A DNA stretch of 62,488 nt, counting the filler, from Kipferlia bialata (taxonomy: Eukaryota): assembly GCA_003568945.1 (NCBI GenBank). It is 7 parts of 7 records of this genome, joined end to end, with 100 filler letters (N's around TTAATTAATTAA, not from the genome) between each part and the next. Parts side by side here need not be neighbours in the genome. Positions count along the whole stretch, not along the records: positions 21,882 to 32,702 come from BDIP01001347.1; positions 32,803 to 43,622 come from BDIP01001348.1; 5 more parts are not named here. The stretch is one strand, 5' to 3'. The position numbers and the translations under genes are program-made. Every line of letters begins with the position of its first letter. Positions within the stretch are counted from its first letter, which is position 1. The notes under the pieces were generated by a model. The model was given only the letters and a program-made list of their open reading frames with translations, ran no database searches and was not told the origin of the DNA. This document shows, one piece after another, positions 26,054 through 40,900 of this stretch.

Positions 26054-29000
26054 ATGATCAAGGTGAGGGTGGGGTCTGAGAGGGAGATGCAGTTACCGAT
26101 GGGGCTCTGTGTTTAAGTTTGTAATCGAAATCGCACACCGAATATATATATTTGTCACTCGTCACTGTCACTGTCATTGATGATACACTGGCAGGTGGTG
26201 TCGAGAGGGCGTTGATCCTCTCAGTCTGCGATGATCTCTCATACTACCACATACTCCTCTCTCTCCCCCCCTCCCCCTCCCCCAACCCCAGGCCCCTCTG
26301 TTTGAGTCTCGGCTGCACAGGCTGGTGTCTGTGGCCCAGTACCTTCACAAGAAGGGAGTCAAGGCACTGCTGTTCCTGCACGGAGAGCACACAGGATATG
26401 CTACGGGTGGGTATACTTGCTACTCTCTGCAATTTTGCATTAGTCACTGGTATTTTCTATTCACTCTGTACTCCCACACCCTGTCTCTCTCTCTCTCTCT
26501 CTCTCCACCCCCCCCCCCCTCCAACCCCAGCTGACAGCGCTGTCTTGAACTGGCTGTTCCTGGGCCAGAGTGGTCTGCCTGCATATGCCCCCTCCTCCAC
26601 CCTACCCGACATGTGCATGTGTGTGTACCCAGACGGGAGGGTGCACCTGTACCTGCAGGAGGCTGAGGCCCTGGCCCCCCTCAGACACCTCCTCACACAC
26701 TGGCCCAGGGTGACGGTGGCAGTCGGGAATGGGGGGAGGTACGGGGGTGGTATAGAGTGGCGGAGGGCGATGATGCTTGATTTTCTGGGTCATAGTAACC
26801 CATCTTAGCTCATGTATATTCACTGACACCTATGTGATCTGATGGTGTATATGATTTGACCCCCAGCACCCTGGAGGCCGGTCTGTGTCTGGATGGAGTG
26901 GCATCGGTGGTACTCCCTGAGGGGGACAGGTGGGGGTGTAGTTCATGCTTTCCCATGTATTGGTTAAGTGTAAAGTTGATAGAGAGGGAAGAGGGGAACT
27001 TTCCATATGCCCCAACTTCCATCGACATCCTAATTCCCAGGGTCAGCAGCGTGACCAGCCTCTTCGACTCCTTCGAGGCCTCTCCCTCTGGCTCCCCCTC
27101 CCCCTCCCCCAAGGGCCAGGCCAAGGGGCATGCCTCTGAGCAGGAGGGCCCCCTCTTCACAAGGGAGGCGTCCCTGGTGATGGAGAGAGAGAGAGACGAC
27201 AGGTGCGGACATAGACGAATTCATATCACCTCTTGGCATCATGTCTCTGTGATCTATAAGATGCACTTACGTCCCTCTGACCCCCAGCTTCAACCCCATT
27301 GTTCCATGGCTCAGTGCCATTCTGTCCAAGGGGGAGGGGGGGGCCCAGTCCGTGGCTGTCCCCTGCAACCCCAGGGCATTCCTCGCCTACCCCAGCGTCA
27401 AGGCCACCTTGAGGCAGTACTCGGTGCGTCATCAATATATAAGCATATATCTCTATGCATCCCCTGTCTGACCCCAGGGTGCGGTGTGTGCCCCCATGGA
27501 TGGATCAGATGTGTACCAGGACCTGGTCCTTGGTCATGTTGATGGTGCAGCTGTCTCACCTCTCACAGAGGCAGGTGAGGGACACATCTTGGATACATGT
27601 GTCTGGGGGTGTTTGGCTATGTATGTAGACACTCCCTCTCCCCCTTCCCCTCATGCCAGGTGCGTGGCTGCAGACCAGGCTGTGTGACATGCAGAGCACC
27701 CTATCAGAGGCCATGGTCAAGGCTAGACAGACAGGGGAGGGGGAGGAGGACGAGGAGGACCTGGGAGAGGTGGTTATGGTGGGTGGGCACATGATATCAT
27801 TGGTGCTGATTCTACTCGGTTCGGCACATTTCCTCATCCCTTCCCAATATCCTGTCTGACCCCCAGTCCTCCCTAGTCTCTGAGTGTGGTGTACTAGATG
27901 CCGATGTCAGAGAGGTCTATGCATACGGCAGAGAGAGAAACAAGGTGGGGACTCATACACATGGTGTGCCATTACTCATGCCGATACTTCAGCCTTGTTC
28001 ATCTACTGGCAGTCCATCTACCTCTGTCTACCCCTATATCTCCTCCGTCAGCCCCTGACCCCTCAGGTCTCTGCCAAGGATGACACCGGCCTAGTCTTCT
28101 CCAGCCCTGGGGGTGTGAGTGTGGTGCCACCCCCTACCCCTCTCCTCATTGACAGAGACGCCCCCCAGCCAGTCACTCAGACACAGTACTGGGGCAACTC
28201 CCGCGTTGTCTCTCTCTCCCTGTCCCACCCGTCCTACCCCATCCACACCTCTAGGACCATGGTGGTCACACCCCCAGGGCCATGTGCTTCAGAGGCAGAC
28301 GCAGAGAACACACGCCTCTTCGGTGTGCTTGTGGGGTATGTCCATGCCCTGCTCCCCTCTCTGCTCAGATTGGCAGTTGCAAGGGGGGTCACAGAGGGCG
28401 GGAACGAGGTAGGTGACGTGTAGGACTTTTATCATACCCAGTGTTTTCAAATCCATATGTACATGTGTCAAGACTACCCATCTCCCCCTCCCCCCAGTCC
28501 CGGTCTGCCTCTGCCTCCTTCGTCCCCATCCAGAGTGCCCTGGTCAAGGCCCTCACGGCATCCAAGCTCTTCCCAAGGGCAGCGGTGGAGGCCACGGTCA
28601 GATCTCTCTCGCTCAGGTGGGAGGCACATACTATGTCACATGAATATTCCCCACCATCTGCAATACTCCATACGTGTATGTATATCCTACGTTCCAGCTC
28701 TCTGACTCCCTAGGTTTGAGAGGAGCTCTCTAGTGTTCAGGAAGACCAAGGTCGGCAGGTGTGTGCTGTGCTGCCACCTGTCTGTGACACCCTGCCTCTG
28801 CACAGTCACAGGGGCAGGGGTCAGGGAGGGGGACGCAGTGGCACTCACGGTGTCTGACACATTCCTAAACTGTGCAGGTGGGTGGGATTGTGTAAATATA
28901 TGCTCATTGTTCATTGTGTGTGGATGTATCCCACGTCTGACCCTCTAGGCCAGGCCCTGCTCCTCACCTCTGAGTCTGGGTCATCAGTATCCCCCCTTGC

Positions 29001-31757
29001 CTCCCCCCCACCCTACTGCAGTGTGGTGCACCCAGTCCCTGACCCTATGGCATGCACCCCCCTGGACATAGTCCTGTCTGCCCTATGGGCCAAGGGAGAG
29101 GCAGGGGCTGACACCTACCAGGCCCTGCCCCTAGTCAGACTGGCCAAGGCTGATGTGCTGGTGGATGGGGAGACTGGGGGTGTGTCGGTGGTCAGTAGGG
29201 CCATGGGGTCGATGGCCCTGTCCCTCCTCCCACCCTACCTCTCCCTGCCCCTGCCGCCCTCCCACCCAGACACCTCCTGCATAGGCATGGTGCTTCCTGC
29301 TGATACTGACTTTGAGGCAGAGGCCATGGCACCTTACCTCAAGGGGCACCTCGCATGCTCGCTCTCCCTCTCAGGTATCTACAGTGCTCTATATATTCAT
29401 ATATGTATTCTACCCCTGGTCCATACCCCTCACCCCAGCCACAGCCCAGGGTGTCAAGGGCGGTGTGCAGTCTAGCCTGTTTGGCACAGCCATAGGTCTC
29501 GAGTACCAGACAGGAATGTCGTCTGGGAGGTAGGGGGGGTGGATATGTGTGTGTAGGTGGATACTACTTCCTTGATATATTGATACTGATTCACTCCCCC
29601 CCTTTACCCCAGACATGTCAAGCAGACTGTGCGGTCTAGGCTGAGGGACATCCACACCCTGGCCCAGAGCCTAGACAGACCCTCTGTCTCGGTCGAGGTG
29701 GTGACTGACAGAGAGGACACCAGTGCCGTCAGTGAGGGCATGTGCGTGTCTGCTGAGGAGGGTGTGCAGAGGTGCCTGGCCCTGGGGTCCATGCTGGCCT
29801 GTGCCTCATGTGGCCAGGATTCCATGCTTCACAACGTACCAGAGGCATACAGAGTGGGGGCAGGGTGTGTGGTGCCAGACTACGCAGACAAGGTCTACAA
29901 GGTACGGGCAGGGACACGTGTATATGTATTTCGTATCCTTTCCATATGCTCCCTCCCCACCCTCAGGTGACTCTGCCGGCCCTTGCTGCCTACCCCCCTC
30001 GCCCCCAGGCAAAGCCCATGTTTGTACTGCACCCCTCCCTTGGGACTGTATCTACACTCACAGGCGGCATTGCACACACACTCAGAGATAGCCTCAGGAG
30101 CAGGTGGGGGGCTACACACTATACATCAGCATTGTACATATATATACTAGACCCTCCCTCTCACCATAGGTATGGCACCGTGATGCACCACGTGGTGAGA
30201 CAGGCCTCCGACCTGCCTGCCCTCTCTCTCTCCCTGTCTGACAGGGCCACTGTCTCTGCCGTTGGGTGTGCTGTTGTGTCTGTGGAGCCTGTCCTCCAGT
30301 ACCATGCCGCCCCTCTGGCCATGGCATGTGCCCAGGCAGGGGCACCCCACTTCGACATACAGGTGGGTAGGATGATTGTATTCGTATATCCTGTATCACT
30401 GTTAGAGATTCAGTGTTCCATAATCATTTTTCTCCCTATGTCACTATTCCCTCTCATGCTTAGGGTGTGCTTCTCCACCTTGTCCCCTCCCCCCTGACCG
30501 TCCTCTCCCCCACCTCCCCTGCTACCTCCTCTGCCCCCACCCCAAGTGCCAGTGTCATACTCCCTATCGACACCTCTGTCGTTGTGACCCCTGTGTCCAG
30601 TCCCGATGTGTATGCAGAGGGCACCCTCGGCCCAGTGTCTGTCATCACAGTCAGGGACCTTGTGCAGGGGGGGGAGGACGACCCCTTCGACGTGTATGTC
30701 CCCCAGTCAGTAGCTAGACTGAGTCAGGCACTGGTGGAGGGGGTGGAGGGTGGAGACTATCCAACCCAGCCATTCCCCCTCTCCCTCTGCCTCCCCTCCG
30801 ACACTCTCCCCTCTACCCCCCCTCCCCTGAGTGACTTCCCCCTCGAGTGCCCTGTGGCCCAGGGCCCCCCCTCCCCCCTCTCTGACACTGCCCACTGGCT
30901 CACAACCAATGCAGAGCCCAGGGTGGCCCTGGCCCAGCTAGGGAGACTGGTCAACAGGTTCTTTGCAGCCAATGCCGACTGTGACCTTGTGACATGCTAC
31001 AGTGAGGTGTCCTTCCCCCTCCTACACCACCCAGAGACTAGGGAGACAGTGCATGTGTCTGTGACTGTCAGAGATGGACTGGTCGTGGCACTGCTGCCAG
31101 GTGGGTGTGTGTTATTGTTGTAATACAGTTAGTATCTACCCCTCACCCTCCAGGCAAGCCCCTCCCCCCTCGTGTCCTACCCCTCTACACTGAGGACACA
31201 TACCCCAGTGGCATGGAGACATACACCCTGGATGTGTTCCACAGTGTAGACAAGGTCCTGGCCGCAGTGCAGGTATGGGTGCATGTGTCTATACTACACT
31301 ATACCCATACACATCCCCCCCCCTGACCCAGGCCCAGCTCTGCTCCAACAGTGGTAGCACAGGCCCCAAGTCGAGACCCAGGCCCCAGGGTCATGGCAGG
31401 GTGGTGACCAAGAAGGAGGTCGCAGAGTTCTACAAGGTGGGTGTAGCCAGGAAGGGAGACATATCCCATCCGTTCCAGGACCCTCCCTATCAATATACAT
31501 AATATCTCTGCATTCACACCGCTGACCGCAGGACCTCCCCCTCCCTTCTGGGTGGGTGACTGATGGCACGTGGTACATGGACATGGACGGAGACAGGAGG
31601 CTGGAGAGACCAGACATTGACGCACTCATGGTCAGGTGGGTGGTGGGGTAGAGGGTAGTTCAGTTACTTGACTAGATGAGATATTGTGCGTGATTTTGTA
31701 GTGTTACACTCATACTCACCGAGTCCTGACCCAAGGTACAAGAAGCGCAAGCACTAA
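26054..31757 (+). CDS. DNAAF9: Probable dynein axonemal assembly factor 9 (Shulin / C20orf194 family)
   Basis: The N-terminal SRLHRL...LLFLHGEHTGYATADSAVLNWLFLG...DMCMCVYPDGRVHLY...LLTHWPRV and C-terminal KKEVAEFYK-DLPLPSGWVTDGTWYMDMDGDR resemble, from recall, both ends of DNAAF9 (ILGIDSRYN..LANYLLFG..VHLY..AHW; PLPAGYFYNGTQFVNFFGD). Roughly 20 clean introns. Confidence 0.65.
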
Positions 31758-32652
31758 CTGCCTCCTGGGACACCGGGTGAGGTGCAGAGTCCATAGTGTT
31801 GATGCCTGTACCATGTGACCGTGGTCACATATACATGATGTATGGAATGTACTGATCTAAGGGTGGGTGTCAATAGATGGTGTATACTAAAATCTGGCAG
31901 GTAACGTATTAGCAGAAGAAGCTGGTACCGGTCTGGTATATAGCTTGTGTCATTGCAAACTTGGCTAGTTCTCTGGTGCAGGTCATATACATAGATGCTG
32001 GCCATATCCTCTCTTCACCTTGGGCCTCCTAGCACCTCCACCCTGACAGGGTGACAGGGTGAGTCTTAGGAAGGTATAGAAGACATTTCAAATGGTCATT
32101 GGATTAGTGGGACGATTCACTTCAATATATCTCTTTGGATGTCAGTGTTCTTTTGCTCTGTCACTATAAGAGAATAGTGGATGAGTCCCAAGGGCGCTCA
32201 TGTAACAGGGTATGGCATGTGGTGTTGTACTGTATTGGGTTGTATCTGTACCTATCGATGTGTGTATGGGTCTGTGACGCATCTATAGAGTATGGAGGTC
32301 AGTGTCATTGTCGTATCATGGGGCTGCCTTTACACTTGGACCCAACGCCGGCATATACTATGTTGGTCCCGGCGTCAGTGTTATGGTAGTACATATAGCC
32401 TGGCATGCCTAGGTACATCGTGGTATATGTGTGTCTTGTCAGTGGGCATTTGTCTCCATTGGTCAAGAATGATATGATTGTGTGTTTGCTCTTGCATCCT
32501 CTCCTCCCTCACCCCCAGTGATGTCCTGACCCTGTCTCAGGATGGACACCTATTCCTGGCACAGAGCAGGTGGGTATAGCATGCTGTTCTATATATCATA
32601 CCATTGTGCACATTTCCCTGTCCACAAAGGTCTCTGAGAGTGTGTGAGAGAC

Positions 32653-32702
<50 letters not shown>

Positions 32703-32802
32703 NNNNNNNNNNNNNNNNNNNNNNNNNNNNNNNNNNNNNNNNNNNNTTAATTAATTAANNNNNNNNNNNNNNNNNNNNNNNNNNNNNNNNNNNNNNNNNN
32801 NN
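32703..32802. other. Artificial scaffold linker
   Basis: Same structure, preceded by a poly-C run at the contig end. Confidence 0.97.
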
Positions 32803-32817
32803 TATATGGTATTGTAT

Positions 32818-35800
32818 TGAGAAGGTGACACAGCAGCAGGAGGGGCAGAAGGTGTGTCTTATTGATTGTATTGAATAGAGTTGCTCTCCACATTATTATG
32901 TTGACCTCTCTACAAATTTACGCCCTGACCCTCAGGACAAGGCCCAGGAGCTGCAGGACAGGATAGATAAGGCCAACGCACAGAAGGTATTGACTAGCAG
33001 TAATGTATATAGATTTGTATATATGTAATGGGTAAGAAATGGTGTTCAATTGCCCCCCCCCCCCCCCGGCCGCCCCCGAGAATGCACATGTTAGCATTCA
33101 TATTTGTTTTCCCGGTATATATGTTTATATACATATATATATGTATATATAAGTATTATATCCATCACATGTCTAACCCCCAGGCCACACTCGAGGCCTC
33201 CAAGGAGGACGACCACACTAAGGCACTGAGGTCAGTATCTCTATATATGTGTATATACCTGTATATGTAAATGTCAAGTCTCACCCCCAGGGCTGCTGCT
33301 GATACGTGTGAGGAGACCCTTGCTGGTGCCAAGGGTGCACTGGAGTCACTGGTGGAGGAGATGAAGGGACTGGAGGTGTGTATGTATGGTACATGTACAT
33401 ATTTGTGTTTTGTCTATGAGTACCTCTAACCCCCTTGAAGGAGCGTGGCACCCTTGAGGTATATAGAGTGTGTATTCATGGTGTATATGTATACATTGTA
33501 TATGTGGTTCAGTGTCATCCTAACCCCCTAGAAGGAGCGTGGCACCCTGGAGGACACCCTGGCCCAACTGCACAAGGACAGGGACGAGGCTCAGGAGGTG
33601 TGTGATACATTTTTATTCAATTTCTAAATGTATTAGATTAGTGTGTATGTAGTGTGTATTTTAGATTAGTAGGTATAGAGAGTGTGGTGTTGGGTCTAGC
33701 CGCACAAGGACAGGGACGAGGCACAGGAGGTGTGACTTGTGATATATATACACTTAACCCTTACACCCAGGCCGTGGACGCCTTTGCCTCTGCTGAGGCT
33801 GAATGTCTACACTATATATATATACGGATACATATACCAGATTGGATAGTCTCTTACCCCCAGGCCGTATATGCCTTCACCTCTGCTGAGTCTGAGTACA
33901 TGTAACTCTATATTGTATACTGTTTATGTGTATACAGTATTACTATCCCCCAGGCCGTAGATGCCTTCACCTCTGCCGAGGCTGAGGGGGGTGTCCTTGC
34001 TGAGTATGCCAAGCTGGAGAGGCAGAGAGACACAACCATGGGGGCTATCGAGGTGTGTACAGGGAAGCAATATATAGATAGATAGAGTGTACACTATATA
34101 CCAACCCCAGGGCCTTGCCACTGGCACTGTGGACGGTGTCCCCCTGCCTTGTCCTTCTCTCTCTCTCTCTCTATTTCTTTCTCTATTAATACATATATCC
34201 CCTCTGATTACAGGGCCTAGCCACTGGCACTGTGGACGGTGTCCCCCTGGCCCAGGCTGCCAAGATGGCCAAGAAGAGACACACAGACGCAGACAAGCTG
34301 AGGAAGGCAGCAAAGGTATGGGTACCTGTCTCTCTACTAGCTATATGGTTACATGTTTCTCTCATACTTGCATTAGTTTGGTTGAACACCTTGTCTCCTG
34401 CACCCAGGAGGGCGCTGTGTCCTTTGAGCTCTACCTACCGTGTACAATCATAGTCCCTAACCCTCAGGAGGGCGTTGTCTCTTGTGAGGCCAGTCTGGAG
34501 TCCCTGGAGACACGGCTGGCAGCATCAACACCAGACGCAGCTCTGATTCAGGAGGTGTGTTACTTTCATAATGGGTATCACTAGATATTTACATCTGCGC
34601 TCTCCTCTTTCTCTATCTCTCTTTCTCACCCCAGGTCTCCGATGCTGTATCTGCCCTCACTTCTGCCGAGGAGGCCCTGGCTACCCTTGAGACACAGAGG
34701 CAGGAGGGGGGGGATGTCGATATGGCACCTAAGGTAGTTACCAGTAATAGTATGGGTTCTGTCTCTATTAGTATATGTATATACCCCTCTAACCCCCCAG
34801 GCCAACGAGGCGTCTCTCCTTCGTGACAAGGAGAAGCTCAGAAGACAGATTGCACAGCTGGACTCAAGACTCCCAGCAGCTCTGCAGGTACTGAAGATGT
34901 TTGTATATATAGACTTACAGGTATTGTATATCATGGTATGCACACATTCATATGTATATGTATTTATGCAGATTGCACAGCTGGAGGCTGCTAGCAGCTC
35001 TCCAGGTATGACGGACAATTTGTATGTAGTATACACCATCTATAGTACATACATGAGTAGCACTGTAGATACTTACCCCGGGATGCCACGTTTGGCCAGA
35101 GAGTGCATGACATAATTCACATATTATCCATACCTAGATATGGTGGATATGGATAGTATATAGTACTCCTGTATATTGCATTGTATACCCACCCCCAGGA
35201 CGCCACCTTTGGCCAGGGCGTGCATGGCCTACTATATAAATATATATATATGTATAAGTATACATGTGTAGTATTGAGATATAGCAGAGTATCTTCTCTC
35301 TTACATCTAGGATGCCACGTTTGGCCAGGGCGTGCATGGCCCTGTGGCTAGGCTCATCACTGTGGACCCCAAGTACTGTGGGGCACTCGAGAAGACAGCA
35401 GGTTGGGTCAATATACATTAGTATATATATATATATATCTATTTATATACTGAATGTATCATATATACTATGTTTCGTGTCTCAAATACGGTGGGGCACT
35501 CGAGAAGACAGCAGGTATGGTGAATATTGATGGATAGATATTGTAGCCTATGTGTATGTGTCTTTACCGTCGGATATAGATACATTTGTGTAATCCAACA
35601 TACTTACTTCTGTGCTAACCCCTTAGGAGGCCGTCTGTTCCACGTTGTGGCAGACACCCTGCCCATAGCCAGGGCATACATGAAGAGCATGCCTAGAAGG
35701 GTGACCATGGTGCCAATGGATGTGATCAGGTATAGGATGTATATATATCGATATATATATATATGTGTATAGATATGTATATAGGGATAGGAGAGTGACC

Positions 35801-37170
35801 ATGGTGCCAATGGATGTGATTAGGTATAATATGATTCTATATATATCCATTAACAGAGTGTGAGAGAGTTTTCTTTCTTTTGGGGGGGGGTATAGTTCTG
35901 AGGTTGTTTTATCATCTTGCACATTCTTACCCCCTAGCCCAACAAGCCCTCCCAGCGCCTTGTGTCATATATTGGTATACATTGTGGATACTAGAGTGAC
36001 TTGTTGCCTTCTGTTGACAAGACTTACCTCCAGACCCAACAAGCCCTCCAAGCGCCTTGTGTCCAGTGTCAACCAGGTCTCACAGGGCAAGGCAAGGCTC
36101 GCTATCGAGCTGGCAGGTACACAGCATATTGCATATAGTATGTAGTATACATGGACTGATACTGATACCGGCTCGCTATCGAGCTAGTGGATTCCCAGTG
36201 TATCACAGTGTATAATATAGTATATAGTATCCAGAGAGTAAGGTTCAGGGTGCATTATTATATATACCCTAACCCCAGGCTCTGAGGAGGAGCTGAAGAA
36301 GGATACTGTGTGTATATTGATATATGATGTATATCTGTACTATATTACTATTCATACACTGTACTTACCCCAGGCTCTGAGGAGGAGCTGAAGAAGGCCG
36401 TTGAGTATGCCTTTGGATGTACAGTCATTGCAGACACACTCGACCTGGCCACAAAGATTGCATACAACAAGGAGTACGGGATATTTTCATAGGATTTGTA
36501 TTCTTTCAGTGGCATCCTGTGTTGTTGTATATAGATTTGAATATATCTGACCCCAGCATCCACCAGAAGGTTGTGACATTACACTGTATATATATATATA
36601 TATATATAGTATATCTAACCCCAGCATCCACCAGAAGGTTGTGACTGTTGATGGGGATGTCGTGTCCCCACACGGCACTCTCTCAGGTGGGAATAGGATA
36701 TATACATGGTGTATTCATTGTATATATATATACAAATAGAATATGCTCTCAGTATCACTGTCCCACACGACACACTCTCAGGTGGGAGTGCATGTATCAA
36801 TTGTTGCTCTGTGTGTGTATGTACTCCATACTGTTACATATCCACTGACCCCAGGTGGCTCCAAGGACTTATCATATTATAATATGGAATTTGGAGTTGA
36901 TATAGTATAGAGTCTACTGAATACAGGTGGCTCCAAGGACACCAGGCAGAAGCAGTCCATCCTGGAGATGATAGCAGACATCAACGACATGAACCAGAGG
37001 ATGGAGGAGGTATGTATAAAGAGACACATACATTGATATTTATATATATACATATATAGAGAGAGAGAGGTAGTAGTATGTATTATATATGACAGTTGAG
37101 ATCAACGACATGAACCAGAGGATGGAGGAGGTATATAGTACATACAATATTGTAATACAATGTATATACT

Positions 37171-37214
<44 letters not shown>

Positions 37215-37960
37215 CATCAACGACATGAACCAGAGGATGGAGGAGGTGTGCACATGTGGGTGTATCCACTCTATATATTTATATATATTCACCCTCACCC
37301 CCCAGCTTGATGACTCCCTGGCTGCCCTTGGATTATTGTTAATCATGACATTTTATATTCAATATATTTGTATGTATATATATATGTGTCTCACCCCCAG
37401 CTTGATGACTCCCTGGCTGCCCTGGCAGAGGCCAAGGCAAACAAGGCAAAGTGAGTGGATTAGTGTAGAGTTCTTGGTGTATTGACGATTCCCTCCCATT
37501 CTGATAGACACTGATAGCCTTGCAGTCAGATCCGACCATACAGGTAATATAGTATTCTTGTGTTCTTCTACATACTCACCCCAGGGCGGACCGTGACCTG
37601 AGGCAGGCCAGGCAGAGTGTGACCCTTATGCAGGAGAAGGTGAAGCTGGCAGAGCAGAGGCTCAAGATGTCGCCAAGAGGTATTGTATGCAGTATATATA
37701 TGTTAAATATATATAAATATATGCATAAACTTGTACTTTGTATTGTATTCTTAATCTGGCAGAGTACATGCGCAAGATGTCGCCAAGAGGTATGTATACA
37801 TACATATAGATATATACTGTGTTCGCCATATATTCTATCCAGACAGTGCATCGATGTGTATGTATATATAGTTGTATTTATAGTTGTAGACAGATGTATG
37901 AATATACCAACATCGTCTCCCCCCCAGGCCTTCTGTCCAACCAGTGCACCGTTATGTTTG

Positions 37961-37991
<31 letters not shown>

Positions 37992-40900
37992 GTATATATA
38001 CCTCGATAGGCAGTCTCTCACCCCCCAGGTCTGCTGTCCAACCAGTGCACCGTTATGTTTGTATATATATATATATATATACATATATGTGTGTGTGTGT
38101 GTGTGTGTGTGTATACATATATCGATAGGCAGTCTCTCACCCCCCAGGCCTTCTCTCCAACCAGTGCACCGAGATGACAGACAAGCTCAAGCAGGCTCAG
38201 GAGGTACGGGTTAGCTCTGATTGCGTATATGCTTCCTTGCATTATCTCCGGAATCTATGTGTATTCTCCCATATGGAAGACCAGCTACCTGCACGTATAT
38301 GTTACAACGAGTATGCATCCCTTCCACTCACCCCCCAGACCCTTGCCACCCGGGAGGCCGAGTGCCTTGAGAGACAGGAGGTGGCAGACAGACTGAAGGC
38401 ACAGGCAGATGCACTCAAGTCAGGTGATATATATATATATATATATATTTNNNNNNNNNNNNNNNNNNNNNNNNNNNNNNNNNNNNNNNNNNNNNNNNNN
38501 NNNNNNNNNNNNNNNNNNNNNNNNNGAGAGAGAGAGAGAGAGAGACAGGAGGTGGCAGACAGACTCAAGGCACAGGCAGACGCCCTGAAGTCAGGTACAC
38601 CTTCAGTGTTATATACTTCGCCTATATTGTTGAAGACACATACATATATACCTTGCATGCCCCAGGCCCACCCTCGAGGCAGTCCATTCAGTATACTATT
38701 GCATGTCTATATACATATTTATATGTAGAAATTTCTTACCCCCCAGGCTCTGGCCGCACCCTCGAGGCAGCCCATTCATAAGAATTTTTTGCCTATCTAT
38801 ATGCATACACACATATATATATATGTATATATGTGTGTATACTACTCACCTCAGGCTCTGGCCGCACTCTCGAGGCAGCCCATTCATAATACTCTTGTCT
38901 ATATATGTAGATATATATATTAATATATGTATATTGCTGACCTCAAGGCTCTGGCCGCACCCTCGAGGCCGCCCAGGAGGAGCTGGTGCAGCTGGAGAAG
39001 GCACTCAAGAAGCTCACGAAGGTATTTATAGAGTATACTATGAGTCCTATATGTATATAGTATTAATATGTGCTATATAATGCACATATACGTATGTAGT
39101 GTGCTGATGTCAGGCCAAGGCCAGTGCCCAGCGTGACAAGGCGGCCAAGCAGGCACAGCTGGAGAGTGCCACACACAGCATAGAGGAGTCAAAGGCTAGG
39201 TGAGTAGAGACATATATATACAGTATACCTATATATATATATATATCTATGATGTGTATAACCTCTGTTGGAGAGTGCCACACACAGCATCGAGGAGTCC
39301 AAGGCTAGGTACAGGGAGTGTGTATAGTCTTAAATTGACATATGTTTAGTAGGTATTGTAATGTATAATATGCAAATTGATATGTCAATACTCATTCATA
39401 GTCTGTCCAAGCTGCTGGAGGACATCTCTGCCCTGACTATGCACTAATATATATCTATCTGTCTATTTTTTATTAGTATCTCTATCTGTTCTCCGTACAC
39501 TTACCTTAGCCTCTCAAAGCTGCTTGAGGACATCTCTGCCCTCACCCTCCAACAGAATGAGGCACGTGCCTTATGCAACAGGCTGAGTGAGCAGAGCATG
39601 ACTGCCCAGGCTGCTCTCGATGCTGAGACATCGAGGTATGGGGGATATACTGATACTACTTGGTAGTATGTGTATATATTGTGTCTTGAGTACATTCCAC
39701 GCCTTACCCCAGGGTGTCCAAGACGAGTGGTGATCATATATATATTAACATGTCTATTAATATATTTATATATATTTATATCCTCCTCTGACCCCAGGGT
39801 GTCCAAGACCAGTGGTGATCTGAACAGCATCAATAGGAGTCTAGGCCACATGACCAAGGAGCAGCAGGAGATGGAGAGGTATGTATATTGGTGTATTGAA
39901 ATACATATATTTCATATGGGTACTATATGTATATACTTACACATAACCAAGGAGCAGCAGGAGATTGAGAGGTATGTAGATTGGTGTATTGATATGCATA
40001 TACTTCATATAGATACTATATGTATATACTTACACATGACCAAGGAGCAGCAGGAGATGGAGAGGTATAAATATAGATGTGATGGTGTATATAAGTGTGA
40101 ATATATGGGAGTTACTTGTTTGGCCTTCTCACCCCCAGTGCCCGTCACAAGGCCAAGGACACCCTGAAGAGGAACAAGGAGAGCGTCCAGAGGATCAAGT
40201 GAGTGACTTGCAATGAATGCATACATGATCACGCCAGTATGTTTATATTTATTTTATTTAGTGTCTATTCATATGTGTATCTCTTAGTGCCCCTCACCCC
40301 AGGGCTGCTCTGAAGGAGGTCAGGCAGACCAACCCCAGCATCAAGGTATGGGTTGCATACATGTGGATATTGTATCAAGTTTCATGGATAGCGTATTGTG
40401 TTCATTGTATATGAATCACTAGTGTGTACCTTCCCTCACCCTCAGGAGTGGCCCTCCGATGGCGATGTGTCCATGGATGGAGAGGACGAGGAGAGTGCAG
40501 AGGACATGAGGCAGAGGTAATATACACAGTAGTGTTCATATATATATGAATGTAGTATAGCATACAAACGAAATGACCTCTCTGTGTACCTATTGACGTG
40601 GGGAGTCTGTGGAGAGGCTGAAGCAGGGGTAGCGTGATATACTGTGTATGGGGGACACTATCTACTGTGATATTGGAGATGTCAGTATATAGGGGCATAT
40701 GCTCTTCTAATATCCTGGTTGGACACTATTACTGAGGAAATCGATACTCTCCTACTCATTTCATATGTGTACATTCATTCAGTCTATCAGTCTATATATC
40801 TCTAATGCCCAGGTTGGACACTATCACTGAGGAGATTGACACTCTGTCCAAGGGACTCGACAAGCACGGATCGGCAAGGTATACTGACACAGCATACATA

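Noticed and set aside
32040..32570. Isolated exon-like segment (DVLTLSQDGHLFLAQSR) near scaffold end
   Set aside because: Probably the start of a truncated gene, but too little sequence to define or name.
32654..32702. Long poly-C and poly-G runs (also 43584-43608, 54638-54670)
   Set aside because: Located at contig ends where short-read assembly breaks. Lengths are unreliable and no function can be inferred.
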